From Trichormus sp. ATA11-4-KO1 (GTDB taxonomy: Bacteria > Cyanobacteriota > Cyanobacteriia > Cyanobacteriales > Nostocaceae): 64,000 nt of DNA. Below are positions 8,474 to 16,739 of this stretch, piece after piece. The position numbers were made by a program, and so were the translations under genes. Every line of letters starts with the position of its first letter. Within the stretch, counting starts at the first letter, position 1. The notes beneath the pieces are model-generated. The model was given only the letters and a program-made list of their open reading frames with translations. It ran no database searches and had not been told where the DNA came from. Location: positions 107,340 to 171,339 of the forward strand of contig JAHHIM010000006.1 of the NCBI GenBank assembly GCA_019358915.1. The letters run 5' to 3'.

Positions 8474-9187
8474 TTATTCAGACAACAACTGTTTAAAAAT
8501 CCGGAAACAGCGTGTGCGACAAAATCTTTTCAGTGATGATGCTGCAACTCCATAATTTTGAGCGATCGTATCCCAAGAAAATTTTTCTGTTTCTGAATCG
8601 CGCAACACTATTAATATCTGCGTCAACACAATCTGACAGTTGACATGAGGATGTTTCTGCATTTGACAATTTTTGAGTAAATGCGGATTATTTTGCACTA
8701 ACTCTAGCCATTCTTTGATCGTTTGCTTCAAAGGAGGAAGAGGAGGCGGATAAATCCATTCGTTATCTTCTCTATCTGGAGGAAGACGTAAACGATTTTT
8801 CTCTTCCTTGGCTCTTTCTCGAATGACATCTAGAATCATCCATCTCAGCTTTTGGTTAAACCAGGTAACAAAGCTGGCCTTTTCTGGGTTATACCTCTGA
8901 CAAAAATCTTCTAAAAACCATACCCAAGTTCGTGATAGTGCTTCACTATAGACATCTGGTGATATCCTATTGCCACACCAAATCAATCGAGAAGAAGTCA
9001 TCATTGTGATGATAAAAGTCTTAACTTGATTTGGGTCATCAGGTTGACACGCTTGCTCAAATAGCCATTGACGAGCAGGAATATCGTTGATAATTTCCTG
9101 GAGCTTTTGACGGTGCTGTAATAGCCTGCTCTTTTCAATTGGGTCATTAAAAGCAGCTTGCAGTAAATCCCTCAAGTCATTACACAT
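8474..9187 (-). CDS. Sigma-70 family / HetZ-like alternative sigma factor
   Basis: Region-2-like YSEALSRTWVWF...YNPEKASFVTWFNQKLRWMILD and C-terminal HTH FSWDTIAQNYGVAASSLKRFC. Sits directly upstream of the DUF1822 and CHAT genes. Confidence 0.78.
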   Translation of the reverse strand: MCNDLRDLLQAAFNDPIEKSRLLQHRQKLQEIINDIPARQWLFEQACQPDDPNQVKTFIITMMTSSRLIWCGNRISPDVYSEALSRTWVWFLEDFCQRYNPEKASFVTWFNQKLRWMILDVIRERAKEEKNRLRLPPDREDNEWIYPPPLPPLKQTIKEWLELVQNNPHLLKNCQMQKHPHVNCQIVLTQILIVLRDSETEKFSWDTIAQNYGVAASSLKRFCRTRCFRIFKQLLSE

Positions 9188-9250
9188 AAGGGTTATCCAG
9201 ACCCAATCAATTCAGGTTTGAATTTCATGACAGTACCTAACCTCCCCTTA

Positions 9251-9315
9251 CTTGCCTAGTAGGTTATCGGAAGTAGAAACTGGAATATTCCCAATTGTTT
9301 ACAAAATGTTATTTA
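9251..9315 (-). promoter_or_regulatory. Bipartite motif copy C (degenerate) upstream of the sigma factor gene
   Basis: CTTGCCTAGTAGGTTATCGG-N27-TTTACAAAATGTTATTTA. The spacer contains GGGAATATT on the minus strand (9284-9292). Confidence 0.55.
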
Positions 9316-9361
9316 TTAAGGCGAGATAGGAGAAATGAGTGCCTTTCTGAGTGCTTCCTTC

Positions 9362-9405
9362 CTGAGTGCGCTTGCCCTGAGCGAAGTCGCAGGGGAGTGC
9401 TGAGT
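9362..9405 (-). repeat. 44-bp small dispersed repeat embedded in CTCAGCA STRR, copy 1 of 4
   Basis: Reverse complement of ACTCAGCACTCCCCTTCGACTTCGCTCAGGGCAAGCGCACTCAG with one mismatch. Confidence 0.9.
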
Positions 9406-9454
9406 GAGGAGTAGGAATTTAACCTCCTACTTCCCCCTATTCCCCACTCCCTAA

Positions 9455-10666
9455 CTAACGCAATGATTCAATTGTCGGTGAACCATCAGATTTAATCCAA
9501 GCAATTTGGGCAATACCGCGATCGCTTGCGTATTGCCTAATAGCTTGTGTATCTCTGCCGCCCAAGTCCATTTCTACACGTACCAAGTTAGTAGAATCAC
9601 GCAGTTTTTGTGCGTAGGCAAAGGCGGCAGCCTCAGCAGTTGGTGTTTCTGCTACTACTAACCAGTTACTCGCTGGGGTTGCCTGGGGTAATTGCTGAGT
9701 AGATAAAAGAACTTGGTATAAATCTTCGATGTTGAGGACAAAACCAATTCCGGGGATGTTTTCTCCTTGGGGATGATACAGTCCCAAAAGCTTGTCGTAG
9801 CGCCCACCGCGCCCTAAAACCCTTGCTTGCGACCCAGTATCACTGACAACTTCAAAGACTATACCTGTGTAGTAATCTATAGTTTGGATCAGGCTAAGGT
9901 CAAGAATTAAAGGAAATTCCCCTTCCGATTTTAATAACTCTACCAGAGATTTAAGGTTATTTACTATCTCTTGTTGTTCTGCGTCTAAACCTAAGCTACT
10001 AACTTTTTGCAAGACATCAGCACTGTCACCGCGCAGATCCATCATGATTCTGGCGCGATCGCGCAATTCATCGCTCAGGGGTAAAGTATCTATGGCAATG
10101 CGGTCGAGATGGGCGATCGCACTGCGAACTTTAGCTTGGAGATGAGCGGGAAAGGCATCAAGGAGCGATCGCGTGATTCCCGCTTCGCCTAGAATCAAAT
10201 GCCAATTCTGCAAACCCAGCGCTGACAAACAATTTGCCGCTAATAGCAGCACTTCTGCATTGGACAGCAATCCGCCGACACCCAACAACTCAACCCCAGC
10301 TTGATAAAACTCTTGCTGGCGATTGTGCCTGTTTTCCCAGGTACGGCGGAAGACGTTGGCATTGTAGTACAAGCGTTGCGGATAAGTAACACCTGCCATC
10401 CGCGTGACAACTGCACGAGCAATGGAGGCTGTCAATTCTGGACGCAATCCTAACTCTTCATCTTCAGTACTTTGCAGTTGAATCACCATTTGGCGTTGAA
10501 TTGCTTCCCCTGCCATCAATGTATCCATTCGTTCCAACGTCGAAGTGATAATCCTGTGATATCCCCAACGATGAAACACCTGCTGTAACCTATCTTCAAT
10601 CCAGCGTTTTTGAGCCACATCTAAAGGTAATAAATCCCTGGCTCCCGCTGCTGGTTGATACACCAT
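9455..10666 (-). CDS. hisZ: ATP phosphoribosyltransferase regulatory subunit
   Basis: HisRS-like motifs GARDLLP, LRPELTASIAR, EFYQAGVEL, DYYTGIVF and GGRYD. Confidence 0.93.
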   Translation of the reverse strand: MVYQPAAGARDLLPLDVAQKRWIEDRLQQVFHRWGYHRIITSTLERMDTLMAGEAIQRQMVIQLQSTEDEELGLRPELTASIARAVVTRMAGVTYPQRLYYNANVFRRTWENRHNRQQEFYQAGVELLGVGGLLSNAEVLLLAANCLSALGLQNWHLILGEAGITRSLLDAFPAHLQAKVRSAIAHLDRIAIDTLPLSDELRDRARIMMDLRGDSADVLQKVSSLGLDAEQQEIVNNLKSLVELLKSEGEFPLILDLSLIQTIDYYTGIVFEVVSDTGSQARVLGRGGRYDKLLGLYHPQGENIPGIGFVLNIEDLYQVLLSTQQLPQATPASNWLVVAETPTAEAAAFAYAQKLRDSTNLVRVEMDLGGRDTQAIRQYASDRGIAQIAWIKSDGSPTIESLR

Positions 10667-11616
10667 TATTTTTTCTTCCCACCAAACAAACCACCAAACA
10701 AACCGCCACCCCCAGACTTATCTGGTTGCTGACTTCCCACCGTCCGAGGTGAAGTCACTTTCGAGCCACTAGATTGTTGCCCCAAAGCCTTTTCTATTTT
10801 AGGTTTCCATGTCAACGCTATTTCATCTTTAGGGTCTAATTTCAGAGCATTATCAAAGTGAATTTTGGCCATTTTTAGCTGATTTTGCTTTAAATACACC
10901 AAAGCAATCAAACTATGACAATGACTATTCTTCGGTTCTAGCTTCAGAGCATCTTGTAACTCCACCTTGGCTTGGACAAATTGGTTTTTGTCAATCAAAG
11001 TTTGAGCGCGACGGATATATTGCTCTACAGCCGAATCTTCTTTTGGTGGGGCTGGTGGGGGTGGAGGTGCTGTATTTGGCTTGGGCACACTTGAGTTACT
11101 GGCAGATTTTGCAGGTGAAACTGGCGCTGTGGCAGCTTTGCCAGCACTCCGCATCAAGTAAACTAGATTTAATTCGCTGATTTGGGCTATGACTTGAATT
11201 GATTGCGGCAACGAGTCATATTGAGTTGCGGCCATTTTCGCGATCGCACTTCTATAGCAATGATCAATATTAGGCGCAGCAGCTAACTGTTTAGCTAAGT
11301 CGCTACTCAATTCCACCGAAGCAGATTCTTGAACCAAACGCTTGCCCATTTGAGACAAAACTATGATGTATTCTGCGCGACTGCTTTCTGCTGACAGTTT
11401 TTCGTAAGCTGGGTTAACCAACTTTGATAATAATTCATTAGCTAGCTGTTTTTCCGCCCCCGAGCTAATAGTGCTGCTATCAGGGTGCAGGCGGCGAGCA
11501 ATTTGCAGATAACGTTTGCGTATATCTTTTACATCCGCATCAACAGAAACACACAAAATTGCGTGATGGTCTATGAAATCATATTTAAACAATCCAATAT
11601 CTATTTTTAAAGACAT
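10666..11616 (-). CDS. DnaJ-domain protein with C-terminal TPRs
   Basis: IRKRYLQIARRLHPD (HPD motif), a Pro-rich linker and two TPRs. The stop codon overlaps the hisZ start. Confidence 0.88.
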   Translation of the reverse strand: MSLKIDIGLFKYDFIDHHAILCVSVDADVKDIRKRYLQIARRLHPDSSTISSGAEKQLANELLSKLVNPAYEKLSAESSRAEYIIVLSQMGKRLVQESASVELSSDLAKQLAAAPNIDHCYRSAIAKMAATQYDSLPQSIQVIAQISELNLVYLMRSAGKAATAPVSPAKSASNSSVPKPNTAPPPPPAPPKEDSAVEQYIRRAQTLIDKNQFVQAKVELQDALKLEPKNSHCHSLIALVYLKQNQLKMAKIHFDNALKLDPKDEIALTWKPKIEKALGQQSSGSKVTSPRTVGSQQPDKSGGGGLFGGLFGGKKK

Positions 11617-11739
11617 AGAGCGGTTTTGCACCAAAGGAGCCGTTAGATTTTTTCTAGTTTACTTCGCGTAAACGGTGATTTGTAAGGTGGGTAGGCATTG
11701 GGCATTGGGAAAATTATTTTCCCTATCCCCTTGTCCCCC

Positions 11740-12552
11740 TCACTTCCAGCTTGATAAGGGTGGAACTTTTACCAATTCATGACTTAGGTAGTCGTGGATT
11801 TTACCATTGGTTGCGAGAATTCTCCCTGATGCAATTTTGCAGGGAGTACCATCATAGGCAGTGACTTTACCGCCAGCCTCTTGTGGTAAAATTACACCAG
11901 CGACAACATCCCAAGGTGAAATTCCCCTTTCCCAGTAACCATCGACACGCCCACAGGCAACATAGGCTAAATCTAAGGCTGCGGAACCGCTACGCCTAAC
12001 GCCTTGGGTGAGATGGGTGAGGTGACAAAATTCCGCGTAGTTGTTATCTGATGTTTCCCGGCGATCATAAGCAAATCCCGTTACTAATAGACTTTTACTC
12101 AGTTCAGATGTTTCGGAAACCTTAATTGAGCGACGATTGCGCGTTGCACCCAATCCAGTTGCCGCCCGGAATAACTCATCGTGAAGAGGGTCATAAATTA
12201 CACCAACTTGCGGCATACCATTAATTAATAACCCAATGGAAACAGCAAAAGCGGGGTATTGGTGAGCATAGTTGGTTGTACCATCTAAAGGGTCAATTGC
12301 CCAGAGATACTCATTATCTTGATTTCCCAGTTTCCCCGATTCTTCAGCCAAAATAGAGTGCTGAGGAAAGTGGCGACGCAAAACTTCTAAAATCACCACT
12401 TCCGAGGCTTTATCGGCAGCAGTGACTAAATCACCAGGACGACCTTTTTCAGTAATGGCATCTTCTAATTTACCCAAATAATCCTGCAAAACCTTACCCG
12501 CAGACAGCGCCGCTTCCGTAGCAATATCGAGAAAAATTTGTAAATTAGTCAT
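11740..12552 (-). CDS. suhB: Inositol monophosphatase family protein
   Basis: DLVTAADKASE, WAIDPLDGTTNYAH, RRSGSAALDL and WDVVAG motifs. Confidence 0.9.
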   Translation of the reverse strand: MTNLQIFLDIATEAALSAGKVLQDYLGKLEDAITEKGRPGDLVTAADKASEVVILEVLRRHFPQHSILAEESGKLGNQDNEYLWAIDPLDGTTNYAHQYPAFAVSIGLLINGMPQVGVIYDPLHDELFRAATGLGATRNRRSIKVSETSELSKSLLVTGFAYDRRETSDNNYAEFCHLTHLTQGVRRSGSAALDLAYVACGRVDGYWERGISPWDVVAGVILPQEAGGKVTAYDGTPCKIASGRILATNGKIHDYLSHELVKVPPLSSWK

Positions 12553-12621
12553 TTGTCATTAGTCATTGGTCATTGGGCATTCTTCTTGTCTCCTACTCAG
12601 CACTCAGGAAGGAAGCACTTT

Positions 12622-13143
12622 CTATAGATTCCGCCGCCGAAACTCAGCAGGAGGGACACGCATGGGTTTTTCTGGGTGCCAAATTCCTTTTCCCATGAGT
12701 CTAGCCCATTGTTGAGCGCGTTCCAAGCGCTGGTCATATTTGTGGTTAGGCGATCGCCCCACAAACAACGCATACCCTTGTTTGACTACTTGTTCATTCA
12801 ATAACTGCTGATCTCTCCATACATAAGCCAAAGTCCGCCCAATTTTGTCTTTGGCTTCAAGATCAAATTCCAGGGTTACGGGTTTTTCTAGATCACCAAT
12901 TAACTTCTCTAAAAGTTGCCTGGCTTCATCTCCCCAAGGCTGTTGTTGCAAATCTGGTGCATCAATTCCCACTAATCGGACTCGGGAAATCAAATTTGGT
13001 TGTTCAGCCATGCCTAAAACTTCCAAACTTTGCCCACTGACTACCCGCGCTACTTTCACCTGCACCTGATTGCTTGCAGATTGATTGTTACCTTGACAAC
13101 TCACCAGCAGCAGCAAGCAACCTAAAATGACTATTTTTCGCAC
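12622..13143 (-). CDS. Thermonuclease (SNase-like) family lipoprotein
   Basis: LLLLVSC lipobox; VRLVGIDAP, DKIGRTLAYVW and LNEQVVKQGYA motifs. GTG start near 13143 is inferred because the ORF extension to 13227 runs through a CTCTGCGT repeat. Confidence 0.85.
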   Translation of the reverse strand: MRKIVILGCLLLLVSCQGNNQSASNQVQVKVARVVSGQSLEVLGMAEQPNLISRVRLVGIDAPDLQQQPWGDEARQLLEKLIGDLEKPVTLEFDLEAKDKIGRTLAYVWRDQQLLNEQVVKQGYALFVGRSPNHKYDQRLERAQQWARLMGKGIWHPEKPMRVPPAEFRRRNL

Positions 13144-13216
13144 CCAGAGATCCACAAGCGCCACCAGAGTTATAATTTTTACCTTTGCGTCTCTGCGTCT
13201 TTGCGCGAACAAAATC

Positions 13217-13585
13217 TTAATCCTCATCTAAAGGTAAACCCGCCTTAACTCTACCCTTAGCAAAATAGCGCCCAAACTGGAGTTCATAAACCTCATCCTC
13301 ATCTTGAGTTTCCACCTCCAAGTCAGAACGGGCATAACTCACACATAACAAAGCATAACCTTGCCGCCGCAACTCCGGTGACAATCCGACTGCCTCTGGT
13401 TGGTAAATTTCTCCAGACAATACTCTAACAGCACAAGTTGTGCAAGCTCCATTACGGCAAGAAAACGGTAGTTCCACCCCTTGCTGTTCGGCAGTGTGCA
13501 GGATGTAGCGGTCTTCTGGAACTTGGAGGGTAAATTCTTTACCAGTGGCGCGATCGCGGATTTTAATTGTGTATGTACGGGACAT
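13217..13585 (-). CDS. fed2: Plant-type 2Fe-2S ferredoxin with C-terminal extension (Fed2/FdC2 type)
   Basis: LPFSCRNGACTTC...LLC cluster motif and EDEVYELQFGRYF extension. Confidence 0.85.
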   Translation of the reverse strand: MSRTYTIKIRDRATGKEFTLQVPEDRYILHTAEQQGVELPFSCRNGACTTCAVRVLSGEIYQPEAVGLSPELRRQGYALLCVSYARSDLEVETQDEDEVYELQFGRYFAKGRVKAGLPLDED

Positions 13586-13648
13586 TTTGATTTGAGGTTG
13601 GGGAATTTAACTTTTCAGCTTTAATCTAAGTTATGTCTGCTTCTATCT

Positions 13649-13677
13649 TTGCATTTTTCAGGATTTCGTAGTACAAT
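13649..13677 (+). promoter_or_regulatory. Sigma70-type promoter of tRNA-Ser
   Basis: TTGCAT-N17-TACAAT ending 17 nt before the tRNA 5' end. Confidence 0.6.
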
Positions 13678-13694
13678 CGTAAATCGTGGCACCT

Positions 13695-13781
13695 GGAGAG
13701 GTGGCCGAGTGGTTGAAGGCGCAGACCTGGAAAGTCTGTTATGCGGAAACGTATACGAGGGTTCGAATCCCTCCCTCTCCG
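13695..13781 (+). tRNA. trnS: tRNA-Ser(GGA)
   Basis: Acceptor stem GGAGAGG/CCTCTCC plus discriminator G; D-arm GCCGAGTGGTTGAAGGC; anticodon arm CAGAC-CTGGAAA-GTCTG; long variable arm; GGTTCGAATCC T-loop. CCA is not encoded. Confidence 0.97.
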
Positions 13782-13855
13782 TTTTTAAATTTCTTACTAG
13801 ATCAGCATTCTAGCGAGTTTTCCACCAATCATTTTCATAACTTGGTTGGATGGGC

Positions 13856-13880
13856 AAAAGGAGGGGTATGATGCCCTCCT
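13856..13880 (-). terminator. Rho-independent terminator after 13903..14280
   Basis: Minus strand AGGAGGG-CATCATAC-CCCTCCT followed by TTT. Confidence 0.55.
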
Positions 13881-13902
13881 ACACTTCAACAAATTTAAAT
13901 CC

Positions 13903-14280
13903 TTACATTCCCAGTAAGCTAATTACCTCCTCTAAGTGATTCTTAGCTTTATAGATAGCAATCAGTTTTTCCTGGTCATATCTGGCTGGTATTGTCATTC
14001 TCCTGCCCTCAAATGAGATTCTTAGCAGTGCTGCTTGCTCTGTTGTGGGGCTACCCATCTCATCTAACGTGCTACCTATCTCTTGCAAGCTAGCAAATGA
14101 TGGTGATTTCAACCCTTCACCTTTTTCTAGTTGATGTATTGCTAATACTGGAAATGCCATCAGGGATGTGATGTAGCTGGTTTTGTATCCACCATTCCCA
14201 GTGGGTCGCAAACCGTATCGATTACAGAGAATTTTTAACTGTGGAACGCTCAACAGTTCAAGTTCAGTACGAGTGAACAT
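13903..14280 (-). CDS. Hypothetical protein with an N-terminal SAP/HeH-like motif
   Basis: ATG at 14280. LELLSVPQLKILCNRYGLRPTG..YKTSYITSL resembles the SAP/Rho-N helix-extension-helix pattern. Confidence 0.65.
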   Translation of the reverse strand: MFTRTELELLSVPQLKILCNRYGLRPTGNGGYKTSYITSLMAFPVLAIHQLEKGEGLKSPSFASLQEIGSTLDEMGSPTTEQAALLRISFEGRRMTIPARYDQEKLIAIYKAKNHLEEVISLLGM

Positions 14281-14409
14281 AGAATAGTAATGCCTCTTTT
14301 TAAAAGTGGTATCGGTAGGTAACAAGTTTCTCAGGCTGATTACCTACCGATTAAATAGTCTAATTAGTTGTGTACATCTGATTCAAGCATTAGTTATATT
14401 TCTAAACAG

Positions 14410-14601
14410 ATGCCCAATCCTAAAGGAACCCCAGAAAATTTAGAACCATCAAAACCAAAGGGTGATGAACCTATGACGGCAACTGTTAGCTTTAGATGTA
14501 CTGAATCAATGAAGGAAGCTGTTAAATCTCAAGCAGACCCTCCTGAATTTTGCCGTCAAGCTATCCAAGAGAAACTAGACAAGAACAAGTCTTCCTCATG
14601 A
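14410..14601 (+). CDS. Small ribbon-helix-helix (CopG/Arc-like) DNA-binding protein
   Basis: MPNPKGTPENL...TVSFRCTESMKEAVK...EFCRQAIQEKL: an alternating beta strand followed by two helices. Confidence 0.65.
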   Translation: MPNPKGTPENLEPSKPKGDEPMTATVSFRCTESMKEAVKSQADPPEFCRQAIQEKLDKNKSSS

Positions 14602-14637
14602 AGATGGGCGTAATTAGCCTGCTAATCACATTTGTGT

Positions 14638-14699
14638 ACTCAGCACTCCCCTTCGACTTCGCTCAGGGCAAGCGCACTCAGCACTCAGCACTCAGCACT
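14638..14699 (+). repeat. 44-bp dispersed repeat (copy 2) followed by CTCAGCA heptamers
   Basis: Identical to the 38072-38115 copy. Supplies the last codons and stop of the convergent hydrolase gene. Confidence 0.9.
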
Positions 14700-15592
14700 A
14701 AGTGTGGTAAAAACCGCCGAATTAATCCAATAGTCACTGCGGGTAGTTCCAACTGTGGCGTTAAACCCACATTTTCCAACGGTTGAAATACTCGGATAGC
14801 TTGGGGATTTTTCTCAGCTAGACGACGACCAATTTCGGGGCCAGTAAATTCTGACTGTTGTCCCCAAATAATTGCGGTGGGAATTGTCAACTGTTGAATG
14901 TATAAGGACAAATCAAAACACAAGTCGCCACGCACAAAAGATAACGCCGCATATTCAGCATTCGGTTGTAGGGCAGATTGTAAATAAGCCTCAACAATTT
15001 CTGCGTATATGCGATTGGGTTGGGCAAATTGCCGTTGCTCTAAAAAGCTACGAATACCGCCACTAGTGGCGATTCCAGTGCTGTAGAGCAAACGATCAAG
15101 CACCGGAACTTTGACTATTTGGGCAAACAAGCTGCGAGAATAATCTTCGCCAAAATCGGCAAGTCCGGCGGGTGTGACGAGAATTAAAGACTTGAATAAA
15201 TCAGGATGGGCGATCGCGACGCGAATTGTCAAGGCCGCAGTTAGAGAAGAGGCGATCGCTGTTACGGGGCCTGTACAAGTCTGCTGGAAAAACTCCCGAA
15301 TCGTCGTCAAATAATCGTCAATGCTGTAATTCCGTACTGGATGCTCAGACCTACCCCAACCTATTAAATCTGGTGCGAGGATGCGATATTCCGCCGCAAA
15401 AGCCGGATAAACTTTTGACCACTCATAGGCAGAAGACCCACCACCAAAGCCGTGCAGGAACACCAAAGTTTCTTTGTCGTCATTTTGGGAAGAGGCCTGA
15501 TCCTGCCAAGGTGAGCTAGTAGCAGTATAGTAAACCATCTTACCCAGTGAAGTTATTATGGAACGTTGCTCAAATCCTTGTGGCTGAAACAT
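14678..15592 (-). CDS. Alpha/beta fold hydrolase
   Basis: LVFLHGFGGG, APDLIGWGRSEHP and IIWG motifs. The nucleophile elbow is atypical (ASSLT). Confidence 0.88.
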   Translation of the reverse strand: MFQPQGFEQRSIITSLGKMVYYTATSSPWQDQASSQNDDKETLVFLHGFGGGSSAYEWSKVYPAFAAEYRILAPDLIGWGRSEHPVRNYSIDDYLTTIREFFQQTCTGPVTAIASSLTAALTIRVAIAHPDLFKSLILVTPAGLADFGEDYSRSLFAQIVKVPVLDRLLYSTGIATSGGIRSFLEQRQFAQPNRIYAEIVEAYLQSALQPNAEYAALSFVRGDLCFDLSLYIQQLTIPTAIIWGQQSEFTGPEIGRRLAEKNPQAIRVFQPLENVGLTPQLELPAVTIGLIRRFLPHLVLSAEC

Positions 15593-16056
15593 AATTATTT
15601 GTGAAATTTCTGTTATGTTTGCTGGGTGCTGCTGATAATTGCTTCACCCTAAAAAGCTTACTCATGCAAATCAAACTCCCCACAATTGTTATTATCAGCG
15701 AACCAATAATTTTGACACCTCTGGCCACCGTCAGATTAAGTAGATGTAAAATTACTGCCTCAGTTATAAAGTTTTAGTGATTTTTTTTTCAAGCTTCGGA
15801 AATCGATTTGCTTTTAATTACCAATATACAAAGGTTTTTGCGACTTTATACTAGTAAATAGTATCACCTATTAGAGAATTACTAGATGAATTTTCATGGT
15901 ACTCTATCAGAAAAATCACGGTTAATTTTCAACGTCCGAAATAGTCGCAATGCTCATCAAGAAAGGTTATTATTTATAGTTCTGCACACAAAAAGAATAG
16001 CTTTTAATTTAATTAATCTTTTTATATTTCTCTAGTTAATAAACAGGCGGGGTGTC

Positions 16057-16641
16057 ATGGTCAAACAGGCGACTCTTCAATCGAATAAAATTCCCACGGT
16101 TGAAGACGCCAAATTTTCACTTGACAACCATAATGTGCAAAATCAAGTCATTGCTTCCGCTAAACGGGGCGAGTTTGAGGAAGTCTTTGACGCCACTAAG
16201 GTAGATGTACCTACTTGTATTTGTCTAAATTTAGAAGATTTGAAATGTTTTGAAACTGTCGAGCGTCAGTATGAACACTGGGGTGTAATTTTTCATAATT
16301 CCCTAGCAATACAACCATCAAATCCAGCGTTTCCTACCCATTCAGGACTGACAGTATTGATGGGTTCACCCAAAGGCGGATTTTTAGAAGCGACATTCTT
16401 GCGTCCTGTTAATTGGGTTAGTGTTTTTGTTACCAGTTCGCAGAGGCTGGTTCTTTCCGCTTACGATCGCGATCGCCAAGTCCTGGCACAAACAATACTT
16501 CCCAGCGCCAACCTCGCCAATTCTGACTCAGTATTACCCCCCAATTCCCTCTTATCAATCACAGCCAAGAATATCCACTCTGTCACCTTCTGCGCTTTTG
16601 ATGGTCAATTCACCCTAGATAATTTTCGTTTTTGTATCTAA
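16057..16641 (+). CDS. Hypothetical protein
   Basis: 194-aa ATG ORF with SD-like GGCGGGG upstream and a beta-rich C-terminal part. Confidence 0.7.
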   Translation: MVKQATLQSNKIPTVEDAKFSLDNHNVQNQVIASAKRGEFEEVFDATKVDVPTCICLNLEDLKCFETVERQYEHWGVIFHNSLAIQPSNPAFPTHSGLTVLMGSPKGGFLEATFLRPVNWVSVFVTSSQRLVLSAYDRDRQVLAQTILPSANLANSDSVLPPNSLLSITAKNIHSVTFCAFDGQFTLDNFRFCI

Positions 16642-16739
16642 TCACAACTGGAAAAATTCAGCGAAAAACTTGCTTTTCCTCGCCCTAGCCCAGTTATTCT
16701 TATACATTAGACAATATTGTGATTAGGTAGGTAAACACT

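Noticed and set aside
4534..9187. CHAT plus sigma locus as a type III-E CRISPR-associated protease system
   Set aside because: No Cas7-11 gene or CRISPR array is present in the window, and the protease carries a periplasmic sensor. The comparison is only an analogy.
13686..13871. 61-aa ORF in the ORF track
   Set aside because: It is a read-through of tRNA-Ser(GGA), not a protein.
13782..14640. Prophage or intact integrative element at tRNA-Ser
   Set aside because: No integrase, no attR duplication and under 1 kb; kept only as a remnant cassette.
14550..14786. 78-aa ORF containing PFDFAQGK
   Set aside because: It is a translation of the dispersed repeat and overlaps two better-supported genes.
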